Source: an uncultured Gemmatimonadales bacterium (GTDB lineage Bacteria; Gemmatimonadota; Gemmatimonadetes; Gemmatimonadales; GWC2-71-9). Taken from it: a stretch of 64,000 nucleotides of DNA. The stretch covers positions 1-64,000 of the forward strand of contig CAVSQW010000014.1 of the NCBI GenBank assembly GCA_963730185.1, in the 5' to 3' direction. This document shows, in pieces, positions 26,459 to 36,192 of this stretch. The number at the start of each line of letters is the position of its first letter. The stretch's first letter is position 1. The notes under the pieces are model-generated. The model saw only the letters and a list, made by a program, of their open reading frames with translations, was not told the DNA's origin and searched no databases. Position numbers and translations under genes: made by a program.

Positions 26459-26983
26459 TCAGAGGGTGACGACCGCCGCCTTCCACTGGGCGGGGTTGGC
26501 ATCCTCCTTGTACATGGTGACGATGTCGACCACCACGTGATCGCCCTGGCGGGTGATCCCGAGCCGGTCCATGCCTCGCGTGGCCCGACCCGAGATGAAG
26601 GTCCCGTCGGGGCGGTACTTCGAGTGGTGCTTGGGGCACTGGAACCGGCCGTCGTCCGCCTCCCAGCGAAGCGCGGTGTTCTGGTGGGGACAGGAGAGGT
26701 TGAAGGCGTACACGGAGCCCTGCCACCGGACCAGGATCACCTGATTGTCCTTGTCGATCTCGGCCCCGTCTTGGGCCGGGATGGGGTAGGAGACCCCCGT
26801 GAACAGGAGCCGGCCGACGGTCGGACGGATGGTCTCGGCGAGGGCGGCCTGGCGGGTCGCTCCGAGGCTCAGGAGAATGCCCGCGGCGGCGGCCGCGGCG
26901 CGCTGCAAGAACTGCCGGCGATCCGGTGCGACGGCGCAGCCCTCGCAGGCGGCGGGCTCCGGGCGATCGCGATGGTCGGTCAT
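26459..26983 (-). CDS. Tat-exported Rieske 2Fe-2S protein
   Basis: DRRQFL; CPH...CPKHHSKY..DG. Confidence 0.9.
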   Translation of the reverse strand: MTDHRDRPEPAACEGCAVAPDRRQFLQRAAAAAAGILLSLGATRQAALAETIRPTVGRLLFTGVSYPIPAQDGAEIDKDNQVILVRWQGSVYAFNLSCPHQNTALRWEADDGRFQCPKHHSKYRPDGTFISGRATRGMDRLGITRQGDHVVVDIVTMYKEDANPAQWKAAVVTL

Positions 26984-27011
26984 CGGGGAGAGCTCGGTAA
27001 AGGGGTGAGGA

Positions 27012-27524
27012 TCACGCGTTGACCAGCATGGTGCCTACCAGCACCGACGCGGTCCACAGAGCGAGGCTGGCCCACGACACGGCCCGGAGTCGGCGCCAGA
27101 GCCGTTGAACGGTCGGGGTCGGCCCGGCCGGCGACAGGCGACGGAGGGCCTGCTCGGTCTGAACCAGGAAGCCGCCGTTCAGGAGCAGCATGGCCACGAT
27201 CCCGAGTTTGAGCAGGAAGATCGGCGACGCCAGAAACGTCTCGAGATCGGCGGTGGCGAGCGCCAGCCCGCTCACGAAGAGCACGCCGAGGGCGATCAGC
27301 ACCGGCCGGTGTACGCCGTGGAGCTCGGCCAGCGCGTCCTGGAACCCGTCGAGGCGGGGTCGGGCCCGAAGGGTCCGGCGATCGGCGGCGATCGCGAACC
27401 CGCCGCCGAACATCATCGCGGCCAGGTGCAGGAAGGTGACCGACGTCTCGGCGGTTTTCGAGTCGGCATAGAAGCGCTGCCAGGGCGCGAACAGATGCAG
27501 CAGCGCGGAGGGAGCTTCGATCAT
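27012..27524 (-). CDS. Four-TM membrane protein
   Basis: H.AAMM.GGG, F.SGL.L, F..K....LL.NG. Confidence 0.7.
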   Translation of the reverse strand: MIEAPSALLHLFAPWQRFYADSKTAETSVTFLHLAAMMFGGGFAIAADRRTLRARPRLDGFQDALAELHGVHRPVLIALGVLFVSGLALATADLETFLASPIFLLKLGIVAMLLLNGGFLVQTEQALRRLSPAGPTPTVQRLWRRLRAVSWASLALWTASVLVGTMLVNA

Positions 27525-27526
27525 GA

Positions 27527-28258
27527 TCAGTCCTTCCAGAGCCACATCATCAGGGTCGACGCGGTTGCGAGCGAGGCCGAGGCGATGGCGAGGCTCCGAT
27601 GGGTGTTCGTGTTGCTGCCAGAGCCGGTCTGGTTCTGAAACTCGAACCGCTCGTGCTCGGGGCGGACCGATGCGGTCGCGAAGAAGCCGGCATCCGCCAG
27701 GAGCATGCCCACGCTGTGGACCATCCGACGGGTGCGCCCGGCCGGATCCTTCCGGCTCTCCCACAGGTTCCACAGGCCGGTGACGGTGTTGACCCCGAAC
27801 AGAATGCCGAGACCGGCGGCCAGGGTCCGATGGGTGCTGCGGAGCGCGCCCGACGACGGAATGCTGTTCTTCTCGTTGTTGGCCAGCTTTTGCCCCACGA
27901 TCAGCTCGGCCGCGAAGAGCGGCAGCTCGAGGTAGCTCCCGATCTGGTGGATCTTGAGCCGCACGTGGTAGCCGTTGCTGTACTCGATCGCCTTCGGCCG
28001 CTGGCTTCCGGTGCTGTCGTCCGGGCCCTCGGCGGTGAAGTCGTTGGTGACTCCCAAGGCGAGGTTGGCACGCAGCGGGCCGACCAGGGCCTGGGTCGGA
28101 TGGTACGCTTCCAGTCGGCCGGTCGAATCCGGGTGAGCCGGGCCGGCGGGCGAGGCCGAGGCCGCCGCTCCGGGCAGGGCGAGGAGGACGACGGCAAGTC
28201 GAGCAGTCGCGAACGTCATCGGCTGGGCTGTCTCCTGCGTTTCTGAGTTGGTGTTCAT
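27527..28258 (-). CDS. His-containing membrane protein (possible heme binding)
   Basis: Four helices each starting with His (KIH, STH, MVH, NTH). Confidence 0.6.
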   Translation of the reverse strand: MNTNSETQETAQPMTFATARLAVVLLALPGAAASASPAGPAHPDSTGRLEAYHPTQALVGPLRANLALGVTNDFTAEGPDDSTGSQRPKAIEYSNGYHVRLKIHQIGSYLELPLFAAELIVGQKLANNEKNSIPSSGALRSTHRTLAAGLGILFGVNTVTGLWNLWESRKDPAGRTRRMVHSVGMLLADAGFFATASVRPEHERFEFQNQTGSGSNTNTHRSLAIASASLATASTLMMWLWKD

Positions 28259-28486
28259 TCACTGACCGCGAATCGGGCAGGCCGAGCCCATCCCCGCCGC
28301 CTGACCGACACCCGATTTCTGCTTTCCCCTGACCGGGGCGCGACTGAGGCGAGCCGAGTCATCTTGGGTTCATCTAACGGGTTCGCCGGCGAGTTTGGGA
28401 CGGCACCTACCCGCCGGGGGTTCGAAGGACCAGCCACCGGAGTCGAGGGCAACAGCGCGGCGGCCAGTCGGCGGGGCGGCCCCTGC

Positions 28487-28876
28487 CTAACGAGGATGCG
28501 AAGGGGCGCGGTCGAGCCGGTAGCGGATCGCGCCCGGCTCCGATCCTGCGCCGGTCAGGCGGAAGCCCAGCTTCGCCAGCACCCCGATCGAGGGGATGAG
28601 GTCGGGCAACGTCTCGGCCACCACCGCCGATACCGACGGGACCCTGAAGGTGCGCTCGACCAGGGCCCGGGTAGCCTCGGTGGCATAGCCCCGGCGCTGG
28701 TGGTCGGCGACGATCCCGTAGCCCACCTCGACGCATCCCTCGGCGTCAGGTGGTCCCTTGTACCCCGCCACCCCGATCAGGGTCGTCGCCGCCGGCTCCG
28801 GTAGGAGGACGAAGTAGAACCACCAGCCGTCGGCGTTGGGCTGCTCGACCAGGCGGAGCCGAGGGGTAGCGATCAT
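28487..28876 (-). CDS. RimJ/RimL-type GNAT acetyltransferase (short)
   Basis: GYKGPPD.EG.VEVGYGI...QRRGYATEA...S..VL.KLGF. Confidence 0.85.
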   Translation of the reverse strand: MIATPRLRLVEQPNADGWWFYFVLLPEPAATTLIGVAGYKGPPDAEGCVEVGYGIVADHQRRGYATEATRALVERTFRVPSVSAVVAETLPDLIPSIGVLAKLGFRLTGAGSEPGAIRYRLDRAPSHPR

Positions 28877-28885
28877 CTTGCCGGC

Positions 28886-29401
28886 TTATTCGGTGGCGCG
28901 GATCAGGCGGAGGCTGACCAGCTGGCGGATCCAGCGGGCGTGGTGCTGCTCGCCGGCGATCACGATCTGGAGCGGACCATCCTGGTCCGGGAGCGGCTTC
29001 CCGTCCCGGGTCAGCGCGACGATCGCGGGTCGGGCCCCGAACTGATCGTCGAGCTCGGCCAGGCTGTAGACCACCTTGTACCCGTCGGCGGCCTCGGCGA
29101 CGACCACCACCGTCAGGTTGGCGCCCCGGAGGTCCGGCCCGGCCGGGGCGCCGACCAGGGTGAGCACGGCGCGGAGGCCCGGTCCGCGGAACACGTCCAC
29201 GGTGTCGCCCCGGCCGGGCGCTCGGATCTCGAGCTGAGGAAGGGCCCGAAGCCGATCGGCTCGAAGGGTCGTGGCCTGGCCGTCCAGCGCGATCAGGTGG
29301 AGGACGATCGCGGACTGCTGGGCCTCGATTGGAGTGGTGAGGAGGAGCGACAGGGCGACGAGCGGTCCGAAGCGCGCGAGGGCGCGGCGTGAGACGGTCA
29401 T
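28886..29401 (-). CDS. Molybdopterin-dependent oxidoreductase-like periplasmic protein
   Basis: A.DGY.VVYS.AELD, DG.PL...GPL..V, ARWIRQ. Confidence 0.75.
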   Translation of the reverse strand: MTVSRRALARFGPLVALSLLLTTPIEAQQSAIVLHLIALDGQATTLRADRLRALPQLEIRAPGRGDTVDVFRGPGLRAVLTLVGAPAGPDLRGANLTVVVVAEAADGYKVVYSLAELDDQFGARPAIVALTRDGKPLPDQDGPLQIVIAGEQHHARWIRQLVSLRLIRATE

Positions 29402-29427
29402 GGCGAACCCGTGTATGTGAAACGCGC

Positions 29428-30162
29428 TCAGGCTCGTTTCCGGGCCACGAACGCGAGGCGTCGAGGGGCCAGGGGCTGGCTGCCCCAGGCGTTCAGCGTG
29501 CGGACCGTGAAGCCCGCGTGGCGGAGCTCGGCCGCGACGTCGTCGCGCCGATCGACCCGAGCCCAGTGGCGCTCGTCGCTCCGCCGATACGTTGCACCGT
29601 GCTTCCGAAACGCCGTGATGTCCCGTTGCAGGATGCCCCGCGCCGGGTCTTCCATCACGTCCACCAGCACCGCCCAGTCGGGCCCGCGCTGGCACGTCCG
29701 ATACTCCACCGGCCGATGTCCGACCCGGGTCACCAGGTCGAACAGAAACAAGCCGCCGGGCTCGAGGGCCGTCGCCACCCGAGCGAAGAGGCGCCGGTAG
29801 GCGCCCGTGGCGAGCCGGTTGGCGGCCAGATAGCCGATCGACTCGCCGATTGCCGTCACCGCCCGGCAAGCCGGAAAGCGGGTGTCGTGCAGCGACGCGG
29901 TCCGGAAGGTGGCGGCGGGCGCCACCCGCCGGGCCAGGGTGGTCATTGCCGTCGAGGCGTCGATCCCCAGCACCCGATAGCCGGCCTCGGTCAGGTGGCG
30001 CGCGAGAATGCCGCTCCCGGAGCCGAGATCGACCACCAAGCCGTCTTCGATCCCCGCTTCGTCCAGCAGCGCAATGATCCCGGGCGCGGCCCCGGCGGCA
30101 AAGCCGCCGAATCCGACGTGATGGATCCAGGCGAGATCGGCTTGGTACATCTTACCAGTCAT
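29428..30162 (-). CDS. Class I SAM-dependent methyltransferase
   Basis: VVDLGSGSG, L.PGG.F.FD. Confidence 0.88.
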   Translation of the reverse strand: MTGKMYQADLAWIHHVGFGGFAAGAAPGIIALLDEAGIEDGLVVDLGSGSGILARHLTEAGYRVLGIDASTAMTTLARRVAPAATFRTASLHDTRFPACRAVTAIGESIGYLAANRLATGAYRRLFARVATALEPGGLFLFDLVTRVGHRPVEYRTCQRGPDWAVLVDVMEDPARGILQRDITAFRKHGATYRRSDERHWARVDRRDDVAAELRHAGFTVRTLNAWGSQPLAPRRLAFVARKRA

Positions 30163-30643
30163 TCACTGCCCCGCGATGCGTCCGAGCCCCCGTCGGGAGC
30201 CCTCCGGCGCCCAAGGCCGCGAGCGTGCTCCGGCACCAGGCGTCGAGGTCGTCGGCGTATCGGGCCGCCTCCAACGAGCCGAGGTCGGCGATGGTCATGG
30301 GAAAAGTACCGCCGTCCGCCCGATCGGGCAGGGGCGGGACGCCGAACGCCTCGGGCCTGGGATCGCGATGGCGGCGGATTGCCTCCACCAAGCGGGTCGG
30401 ATCGTCACCCACCCGGTACACTCGGTAGAGGATCAGCCAGGACCGCTCCCGGGTGGACCGGTCGAACCGACTCGGATGTTGGAGGGCGTAGACGGCGAAG
30501 GCGAGGCCGTGCCGGGGCCCCCAGGGCTCGCGTCGGGAGTGGTCCAGGGCGATCAGCTGCTCGAAGCGGCTCGTACAGGTCAGTCCCGCGCCGGTGGTGG
30601 GGGCACCGCAGTCGGAACAATGGGCCGCCGGCGCCCCGCTCAC
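30152..30643 (-). CDS. DUF5946-like protein
   Basis: C..CGA...C..F...H....YALQHP motif. Confidence 0.7.
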   Translation of the reverse strand: MSGAPAAHCSDCGAPTTGAGLTCTSRFEQLIALDHSRREPWGPRHGLAFAVYALQHPSRFDRSTRERSWLILYRVYRVGDDPTRLVEAIRRHRDPRPEAFGVPPLPDRADGGTFPMTIADLGSLEAARYADDLDAWCRSTLAALGAGGLPTGARTHRGAVNDW

Positions 30644-30834
30644 GAGCTCCGCCGGCGGCGAGCGGACAGGTAGAGGACCACCAGCGCGATCGGAAAGGCG
30701 AGCGACACCCGGATCCAGTCGACCGACCGAAGCCAGCCGGCCCACACTCCCGCGAGGGAGGCGCCGACCGCGATCAGCACCAGGATCGCGGCCCGGATCA
30801 CGGCGATCCGAAACGCGCCCCGATCGAGCGTCAT
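30640..30834 (-). CDS. Small two-TM protein
   Basis: 64 aa, translationally coupled to the next gene. Confidence 0.5.
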   Translation of the reverse strand: MTLDRGAFRIAVIRAAILVLIAVGASLAGVWAGWLRSVDWIRVSLAFPIALVVLYLSARRRRSS

Positions 30835-30967
30835 CGGGCGCCGACCTTCAAAGGAAGTCGGCCCCGCGAGGCGGCGGCTCTCAGGTAGCTCCCGAGCGGT
30901 GCGAACATGGGGACCAATCTATCATTGACCCGGGGCCGGGCTGTCAACGGAGGAGGCGGGAGACTCG

Positions 30968-31150
30968 ATGCAAACCGAGGCGGAGGTGTTCTGTCCCCAC
31001 TGCGGCGAGGCAGTAGTCATCGGCCTCGATCCCGACGGCGGAGCGGCGCAGGAGTACATCGAGGATTGTCAGGTCTGCTGTCGTCCCTGGGTGGTCCGGG
31101 TTCGCTACGACCGCCGGGGCGACGCGACCGTCACGGTCGATCCTGCCTGA
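30968..31150 (+). CDS. CPXCG-motif cysteine-rich protein
   Basis: CPHCGE...QEYIEDCQVCCRPW; RBS GGAG. Confidence 0.9.
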   Translation: MQTEAEVFCPHCGEAVVIGLDPDGGAAQEYIEDCQVCCRPWVVRVRYDRRGDATVTVDPA

Positions 31151-31700
31151 GGCGGAGGATCGCGCCCCGGAACCGGGCCAGGGCTTCGCGTACCGGGCCG
31201 GCCACGCCGGGGGTCGCCGCGATCGCCGCCTCGTCGAGCCCGGTTCCCAGGAGGGGCACCGTCGCCGAGCCCTCGACGATCACGACGGCGGCCATGGTCC
31301 GGAGGATCTCCGCCAGCGACTCCTGGGCATGGGTCGCCCGGGGTGACGCGTTCAGCAGCGCCACGGGCTTGCCCGCCATCTCCGGACCGCCCACCAGCCA
31401 GTCCAACCCATTCTTGAGGCTGCCGGGAACGCCCCGGGCATATTCCGGGCTCGAGATCAGGAGCCCATCGGCTCCGCCGACGAGCGCTCGGAGCGTCGCG
31501 ACCGGCGGCGGCACCGTGGGTCCGTCGAGGTCCGGATTGAAATGGGGAAGCTCGCCGAGGCCGTCGTAGGCCTCGAGCCGGAGCCCCGCGGGGGCCAGCT
31601 GGGCGGCCGCGCGGAGCAGCCGGCCGTTGGACGACCCCGCTCTGAGGCTGCCCGAGATGGTGAGGATTCGGAGGGCCGGCTGGGCGCGTGGCGTCGTCAT
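31131..31700 (-). CDS. NADPH-dependent FMN reductase
   Basis: ISGSLR.GS.N, SPEY..GVPG.LKN.LDW. Confidence 0.92.
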   Translation of the reverse strand: MTTPRAQPALRILTISGSLRAGSSNGRLLRAAAQLAPAGLRLEAYDGLGELPHFNPDLDGPTVPPPVATLRALVGGADGLLISSPEYARGVPGSLKNGLDWLVGGPEMAGKPVALLNASPRATHAQESLAEILRTMAAVVIVEGSATVPLLGTGLDEAAIAATPGVAGPVREALARFRGAILRLRQDRP

Positions 31701-31763
31701 CGTGTGGCAGGTCCGGTACTTGGGTGGCTTTCCCCTGGCGGGGCGTCAATCTACACTCCGGGT

Positions 31764-32369
31764 ATGAATCCAGTCTTCTTCGCCTCGGCGGGCCGCTGGC
31801 GTCAGTGGCTCTCGCGCCATCACGCCGTTGAGAGCGAAGTCTGGGTCGGGTTCCACAAGGTGGCCAGTGGCAAGCCGAGCATTAGCTGGCCCGAAGCCGT
31901 GGACGAGGCCCTTTGCTTCGGGTGGATCGACGGCGTCCGCCGGTCGATCGACCCGACCTGCTACGTGATTCGGTTTACCCCCCGGCGGCCCGGCAGCAAA
32001 TGGAGCGCCGTGAACGTACAGCGGATCGCGGCGTTGGAGCGGGAGGGCCGGGTGCATCCGGCTGGCCGGACGGCCTTGCAGGCCTGGAAGGGACGCCCCT
32101 CGGGCTACAGCTACGAGGAGCGAGACCAGGCCCGGCTGACGCCGGCCCAGGAGAAGGCGTTCCGGGCCGACCGGCAGGCGTGGAAGTACTTCCAAGATCA
32201 GGCGCCCTGGTATCGCCGGACGGCCACCTTTTGGGTGGTGAGCGCCAAGAAGGAAGCGACCCGGGAGCGGCGCCTGGCCGCCCTGATCGCTGCGTCGGCC
32301 CGGGGCGAGCCGATCAGGCCCCTCAGCCGGAAGAAGCCGGCCTCCGGCCCGGGCCAGCGGTCGCCGTAA
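31764..32369 (+). CDS. YdeI/OmpD-associated family protein
   Basis: EAVDEALCFGWIDG, FTPRR..S.WS.VN, SAKKE.TR.RRL. Confidence 0.9.
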   Translation: MNPVFFASAGRWRQWLSRHHAVESEVWVGFHKVASGKPSISWPEAVDEALCFGWIDGVRRSIDPTCYVIRFTPRRPGSKWSAVNVQRIAALEREGRVHPAGRTALQAWKGRPSGYSYEERDQARLTPAQEKAFRADRQAWKYFQDQAPWYRRTATFWVVSAKKEATRERRLAALIAASARGEPIRPLSRKKPASGPGQRSP

Positions 32370-32427
32370 TTCAACGGGTTATGGGCTCTCGGCCTCAGGC
32401 CGGCCGCCGCCCCACTATCTTTCCTCC

Positions 32428-32910
32428 ATGTCCTGGCCTGCCGACGACGAGCTCGAAGTGCTGGTGGCCCGGTTCCGCGACCGAAGCCTGCCCGAGCTCG
32501 AATGGACCCACCAGGCCCATCTAGCCGTCGGGGCCTGGCACGTCCATCGCCTGGGGCGGCAGGCGATGGACGCGGTTCGCGAAGGGATCCTTCGGCTCAA
32601 CGAGGCCCACGGGACCGCCAACACCGACGACGGTGGCTATCACGAGACGATTACCCGGGCCTACCTCGTTCTGATCGCCGCGCACCGCGCCGGGCTCCGC
32701 GAGGCCGCGACCTCGGGCGAGCTGGCCCGCTCGGTCCTGGCCGGCCACCTCGCCGCGCGGGATGCCCTGCTGACCCACTATACCCGAGCCCGTCTGATGA
32801 GCACGCCGGCGCGACGGGCGTGGCTGGGGCCGGACCTGAGGCCGCTCCCGGCCGAGGCCGGTGTCGACCCGTCCGCCCCCGAGGGGTCAATGGAGCGGAG
32901 CGTGGCGTGA
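32428..32910 (+). CDS. Conserved hypothetical protein
   Basis: WTH.AHL, GYHETIT, AR..W..PDL.PL. Confidence 0.75.
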   Translation: MSWPADDELEVLVARFRDRSLPELEWTHQAHLAVGAWHVHRLGRQAMDAVREGILRLNEAHGTANTDDGGYHETITRAYLVLIAAHRAGLREAATSGELARSVLAGHLAARDALLTHYTRARLMSTPARRAWLGPDLRPLPAEAGVDPSAPEGSMERSVA

Positions 32911-35315
32911 TCGCGGACACTCGCCGTTCGTGGGGCCGTTGGACCATCCCGCTGCTCGCCCTCCTCGCCGCCTCGACGTCGTCCGCTCTCGCCCAGCAGG
33001 CGGGCGAGGTCCGGATCAGCGGCTACGTCCGCTCGGCGGCCTCCGGCGAGGTGGTGCGCTATGCCCAGCTCTGGGCCGATGCCGGGGGCCCCCGGGTGGA
33101 GAGCAACCAGGACGGATTCTTCGTCCTGGCGCTCGCTCCCGGCCTCCACGTCATCCAGATCCGGGCGGTGGGTTTCGACCCGCTCACCGACACCGTCAAC
33201 GTCCGACAGCCGCTGGTTCGCGATTTCCAGCTCACGCCCCGACCGTTCGAGCTCGACGAGGTGACCGTCTCGGGCCGCAAGGACAGCTCGGACATCGATC
33301 CCGGCACGACCGAGATGAGCACCCTCCGGCTCGACATCAAGACGGTCAAGCTGGTACCGGTGGTGCTGGGGGAGCTCGATCCGATTCGCACGCTCACCCT
33401 CCTGCCCGGGGTGAGCACCATCAGCGATTTTTCCACCGGCTTCAGCGTCCGGGGCGGGAGTGCCGACCAGAACCTCATCCTGCTCGACGAATCGACCATC
33501 TACAACCCGTCGCACGTCTTTGGGTTCTTTTCCGTCTTCAACGGCGACGCCGTGGACGACGCCAAGCTCTACAAGGGTGCCATCCCCGCTCGGTTCGGCG
33601 GCCGGCTCTCGTCGGTGCTCGACATCCGGCAGCGGGAGGGGAACGACCGGGAGTTCGTCGGCAACGCCACGATCGGCCTTCTGTCCAGCCGGCTCTCGGC
33701 CGAAGGTCCGTTGCCGGGGCGGCGCGGGTCCTACCTGGTGGCCGGGCGCCGGACCTACGCCGACCTTTTTCTCAAGCTCTCGAGCAACCCGGACCTGAAC
33801 CAGAACACGGCCTACTTCTACGACCTGAACGCCAAGGGCACGCTGAAGCTCGGCTCGACCGGCACCCTGATGGTGTCGGGCTACTTCGGTCGCGACCGGT
33901 TCAAGGTGAAGGACCGGTTCGGTGCCGGCTGGGGCAACAAGTCCGGTACGCTCCGCTGGAACCAGGCCTTCGGCCAGCGGCTGTTCTCGAAGGCCACCCT
34001 GAGCGTCTCCAGCTACGACTACGGACTCGACTTCCTCGGCACCGGGCGAGACCTCTCCTGGACGTCGCGGATCGGGAGCGCCGACTTGAAGATCGGCGAG
34101 GCCTTGCACCTGACCAACACCAGCACCCTGGAGTTCGGGGGCCAGGTCACCAGCCAGGACATCCGTCCGGGGAGCATCCGGCCAGTCGGCGACTCGCCGG
34201 TCAACCCGCTCGACCTCCAGCCCCGGTACGGGCTGGCGCCGGCGCTCTACCTGAGCCACGACGTCGAGCTCTCGCCCCGGATCTCGCTGAGCTACGGGGT
34301 CCGGTTGGCCGGGTTCGTGCGGCGTGGGGCGGCCACGATCTATCGGTACGCCGACGGCGCCCCAATCGTCTACGACCCGGGGCTCGGTCGCTACGAGCGA
34401 GGCCGGATCGTCGACAGCACTCGCTACGGCGCCGGCGAGACCATCACCCCGTCGTTCGGGCTCGAGCCCCGGGCGTCGGTTCGCCTCGGTCTCAGCCGGA
34501 GCTCCAGCCTCAAGGCGAGCTACACCCGGACCCGCCAGTATCTCCACCTGGTCTCCAACACCAACTCGCCCACCCCGGTGGATATCTGGGAGCCGATCGG
34601 TCCCTACCTGAAGCCCCAGGTGGGCGATCAGGTGGCCCTGGGCTACGCGGGGTCCTGGAACGGCGGGGCCTACGAGCTCTCGGTCGAGGCCTACTACAAA
34701 TGGCTCTCCCGCGTCACCGACTTCATCGACGGCGCCGACATCGCGCTCAACGACCGGCTCGAGACCGAGATGCTCCAGGGAACGGGGCGGGCCTACGGGC
34801 TCGAGATCTACGCCCGCAAGCAGACCGGCCGGCTCACCGGATGGCTGAGCTACACGCTGGGCCGGTCGGAGCGCCGCCTCCAGGGCATCGCGCCCGGTGA
34901 CCCGGGCGTGAACGGCGGCCGGTACTATCCCGCGCCCTACGACAAGACCCACGACCTGTCGGTGGTCGGGCTCTATCCGCTGAGCCGGAAGTGGACCCTC
35001 GGTGCCACCTTCGTGCTGACCAGCGGGTTGCCGGCCACCTATCCGGTTTCGCGGTACCGCTACAACGGCTTGGTGGTGGTGGAGTACGGCCCCCGGAACG
35101 CCGCTCGGCTCCCGATCTACCACCGGCTCGACCTGACCTTTACCCGGCACGCCGGCCGGCATCAGTTGCAGGTCGGGGTCTTCAACCTCTACAACCGCTT
35201 CAACGCCCAGTCGATCTCGTTCCAGCAGTCGGACGCCAATCCGCTCCTGGTCGAGGCCGTCCAGACGTCGATCTTCGGGATCGTGCCCAGTGTCAGCTAC
35301 TCCTTCGCCTTCTGA
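32907..35315 (+). CDS. TonB-dependent receptor
   Basis: VRGGSADQNLILLD...YNPSH.FGFFS.FN plug; C-terminal YSFAF. Confidence 0.93.
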   Translation: MIADTRRSWGRWTIPLLALLAASTSSALAQQAGEVRISGYVRSAASGEVVRYAQLWADAGGPRVESNQDGFFVLALAPGLHVIQIRAVGFDPLTDTVNVRQPLVRDFQLTPRPFELDEVTVSGRKDSSDIDPGTTEMSTLRLDIKTVKLVPVVLGELDPIRTLTLLPGVSTISDFSTGFSVRGGSADQNLILLDESTIYNPSHVFGFFSVFNGDAVDDAKLYKGAIPARFGGRLSSVLDIRQREGNDREFVGNATIGLLSSRLSAEGPLPGRRGSYLVAGRRTYADLFLKLSSNPDLNQNTAYFYDLNAKGTLKLGSTGTLMVSGYFGRDRFKVKDRFGAGWGNKSGTLRWNQAFGQRLFSKATLSVSSYDYGLDFLGTGRDLSWTSRIGSADLKIGEALHLTNTSTLEFGGQVTSQDIRPGSIRPVGDSPVNPLDLQPRYGLAPALYLSHDVELSPRISLSYGVRLAGFVRRGAATIYRYADGAPIVYDPGLGRYERGRIVDSTRYGAGETITPSFGLEPRASVRLGLSRSSSLKASYTRTRQYLHLVSNTNSPTPVDIWEPIGPYLKPQVGDQVALGYAGSWNGGAYELSVEAYYKWLSRVTDFIDGADIALNDRLETEMLQGTGRAYGLEIYARKQTGRLTGWLSYTLGRSERRLQGIAPGDPGVNGGRYYPAPYDKTHDLSVVGLYPLSRKWTLGATFVLTSGLPATYPVSRYRYNGLVVVEYGPRNAARLPIYHRLDLTFTRHAGRHQLQVGVFNLYNRFNAQSISFQQSDANPLLVEAVQTSIFGIVPSVSYSFAF

Positions 35316-36168
35316 GCGTCGGCGGCGGATCGCCGGCGCCCTGGCGCTCGGGGCGATCCTCCTGGGGACCGGGTGCACTCGGGTCGTGGACGTCTCGGTC
35401 GACGAAGGCCCGACCCTGCTCGTGGTCGAAGGGCGGATCGAGCTGGGCGATTCCCTGCAGCGGGTCCGACTGACCACCACCGACCTCTTCTCCAGCCCGA
35501 ATCTGCCGCCCGCGGTGACCGATGCCACCGTCCGGGTCACCGACGACGAGGGACTCCGGAGCGGCTTCGCGCCCGATCCCCTCGATCCCGGCGTCTACGT
35601 CTCTCGGCTCCGCCCCCTGCCCGGCGCGACCTATACCCTGACGATCGACTATCACGGCGAGCGCTACCAGGCCGTGAGCACGCTGGTGACCGGTCCACCC
35701 ATCGACTCACTCTATTTCGTGTACCAGGACCAGGGAATCGCCCAGGGCGATTCGGGGTTCCGGGCGGCGATCGACTACACCGACCCGGCCGGGGTGAGCA
35801 ACTACTACCTCTGGGAGCTGTACGTCGACGGGGTCCAGCGGGTCAAGGTCGATCCCGGAAACCGCTTCCGGGTGATCAGCAAGGACGAGTTCTACGACGG
35901 GGGACGGGTGATCGGCTACCAGCCGTTCGACGAGGAGGTCGTCGACCCGGGGCAGCAGGTGCTGCTCCGGCAGGTGGCCATCTCCGAGGACGTCTACCGC
36001 TACCTCTTTGCCCTCTACGAACAGACCCAGGGGGGAGGGCCCTTCTCCACTCCGCCGGCCTCCCTCCGCGGCAACGTGGCCAACCTCACCGACCCATCCC
36101 ACCCGGCGTTGGGATACTTCTACGCCGGGGACGTCTCGGAGCGGACCGCCACGGTGCCGGCCCGCTGA
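35290..36168 (+). CDS. DUF4249-like lipoprotein
   Basis: Lipobox, LVVEG.I, DP....NYY.W, PP..LRGN......LGYF. Confidence 0.8.
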   Translation: MSATPSPSERRRRIAGALALGAILLGTGCTRVVDVSVDEGPTLLVVEGRIELGDSLQRVRLTTTDLFSSPNLPPAVTDATVRVTDDEGLRSGFAPDPLDPGVYVSRLRPLPGATYTLTIDYHGERYQAVSTLVTGPPIDSLYFVYQDQGIAQGDSGFRAAIDYTDPAGVSNYYLWELYVDGVQRVKVDPGNRFRVISKDEFYDGGRVIGYQPFDEEVVDPGQQVLLRQVAISEDVYRYLFALYEQTQGGGPFSTPPASLRGNVANLTDPSHPALGYFYAGDVSERTATVPAR

Positions 36169-36192
36169 GCGCGGACCGGCGCCGAGGCCCGC

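Noticed and set aside
28485..28491. GCCTAAC here (and at about 36191) as further attC sites
   Set aside because: Both coincide with minus-strand stop codons; no palindromic arms or matching GTTRRRY.
32778..35540. Long antisense ORFs (also 20267-22276, 53057-55954, 62461-63945)
   Set aside because: Shadow frames of real genes caused by high GC; no recognisable motifs.
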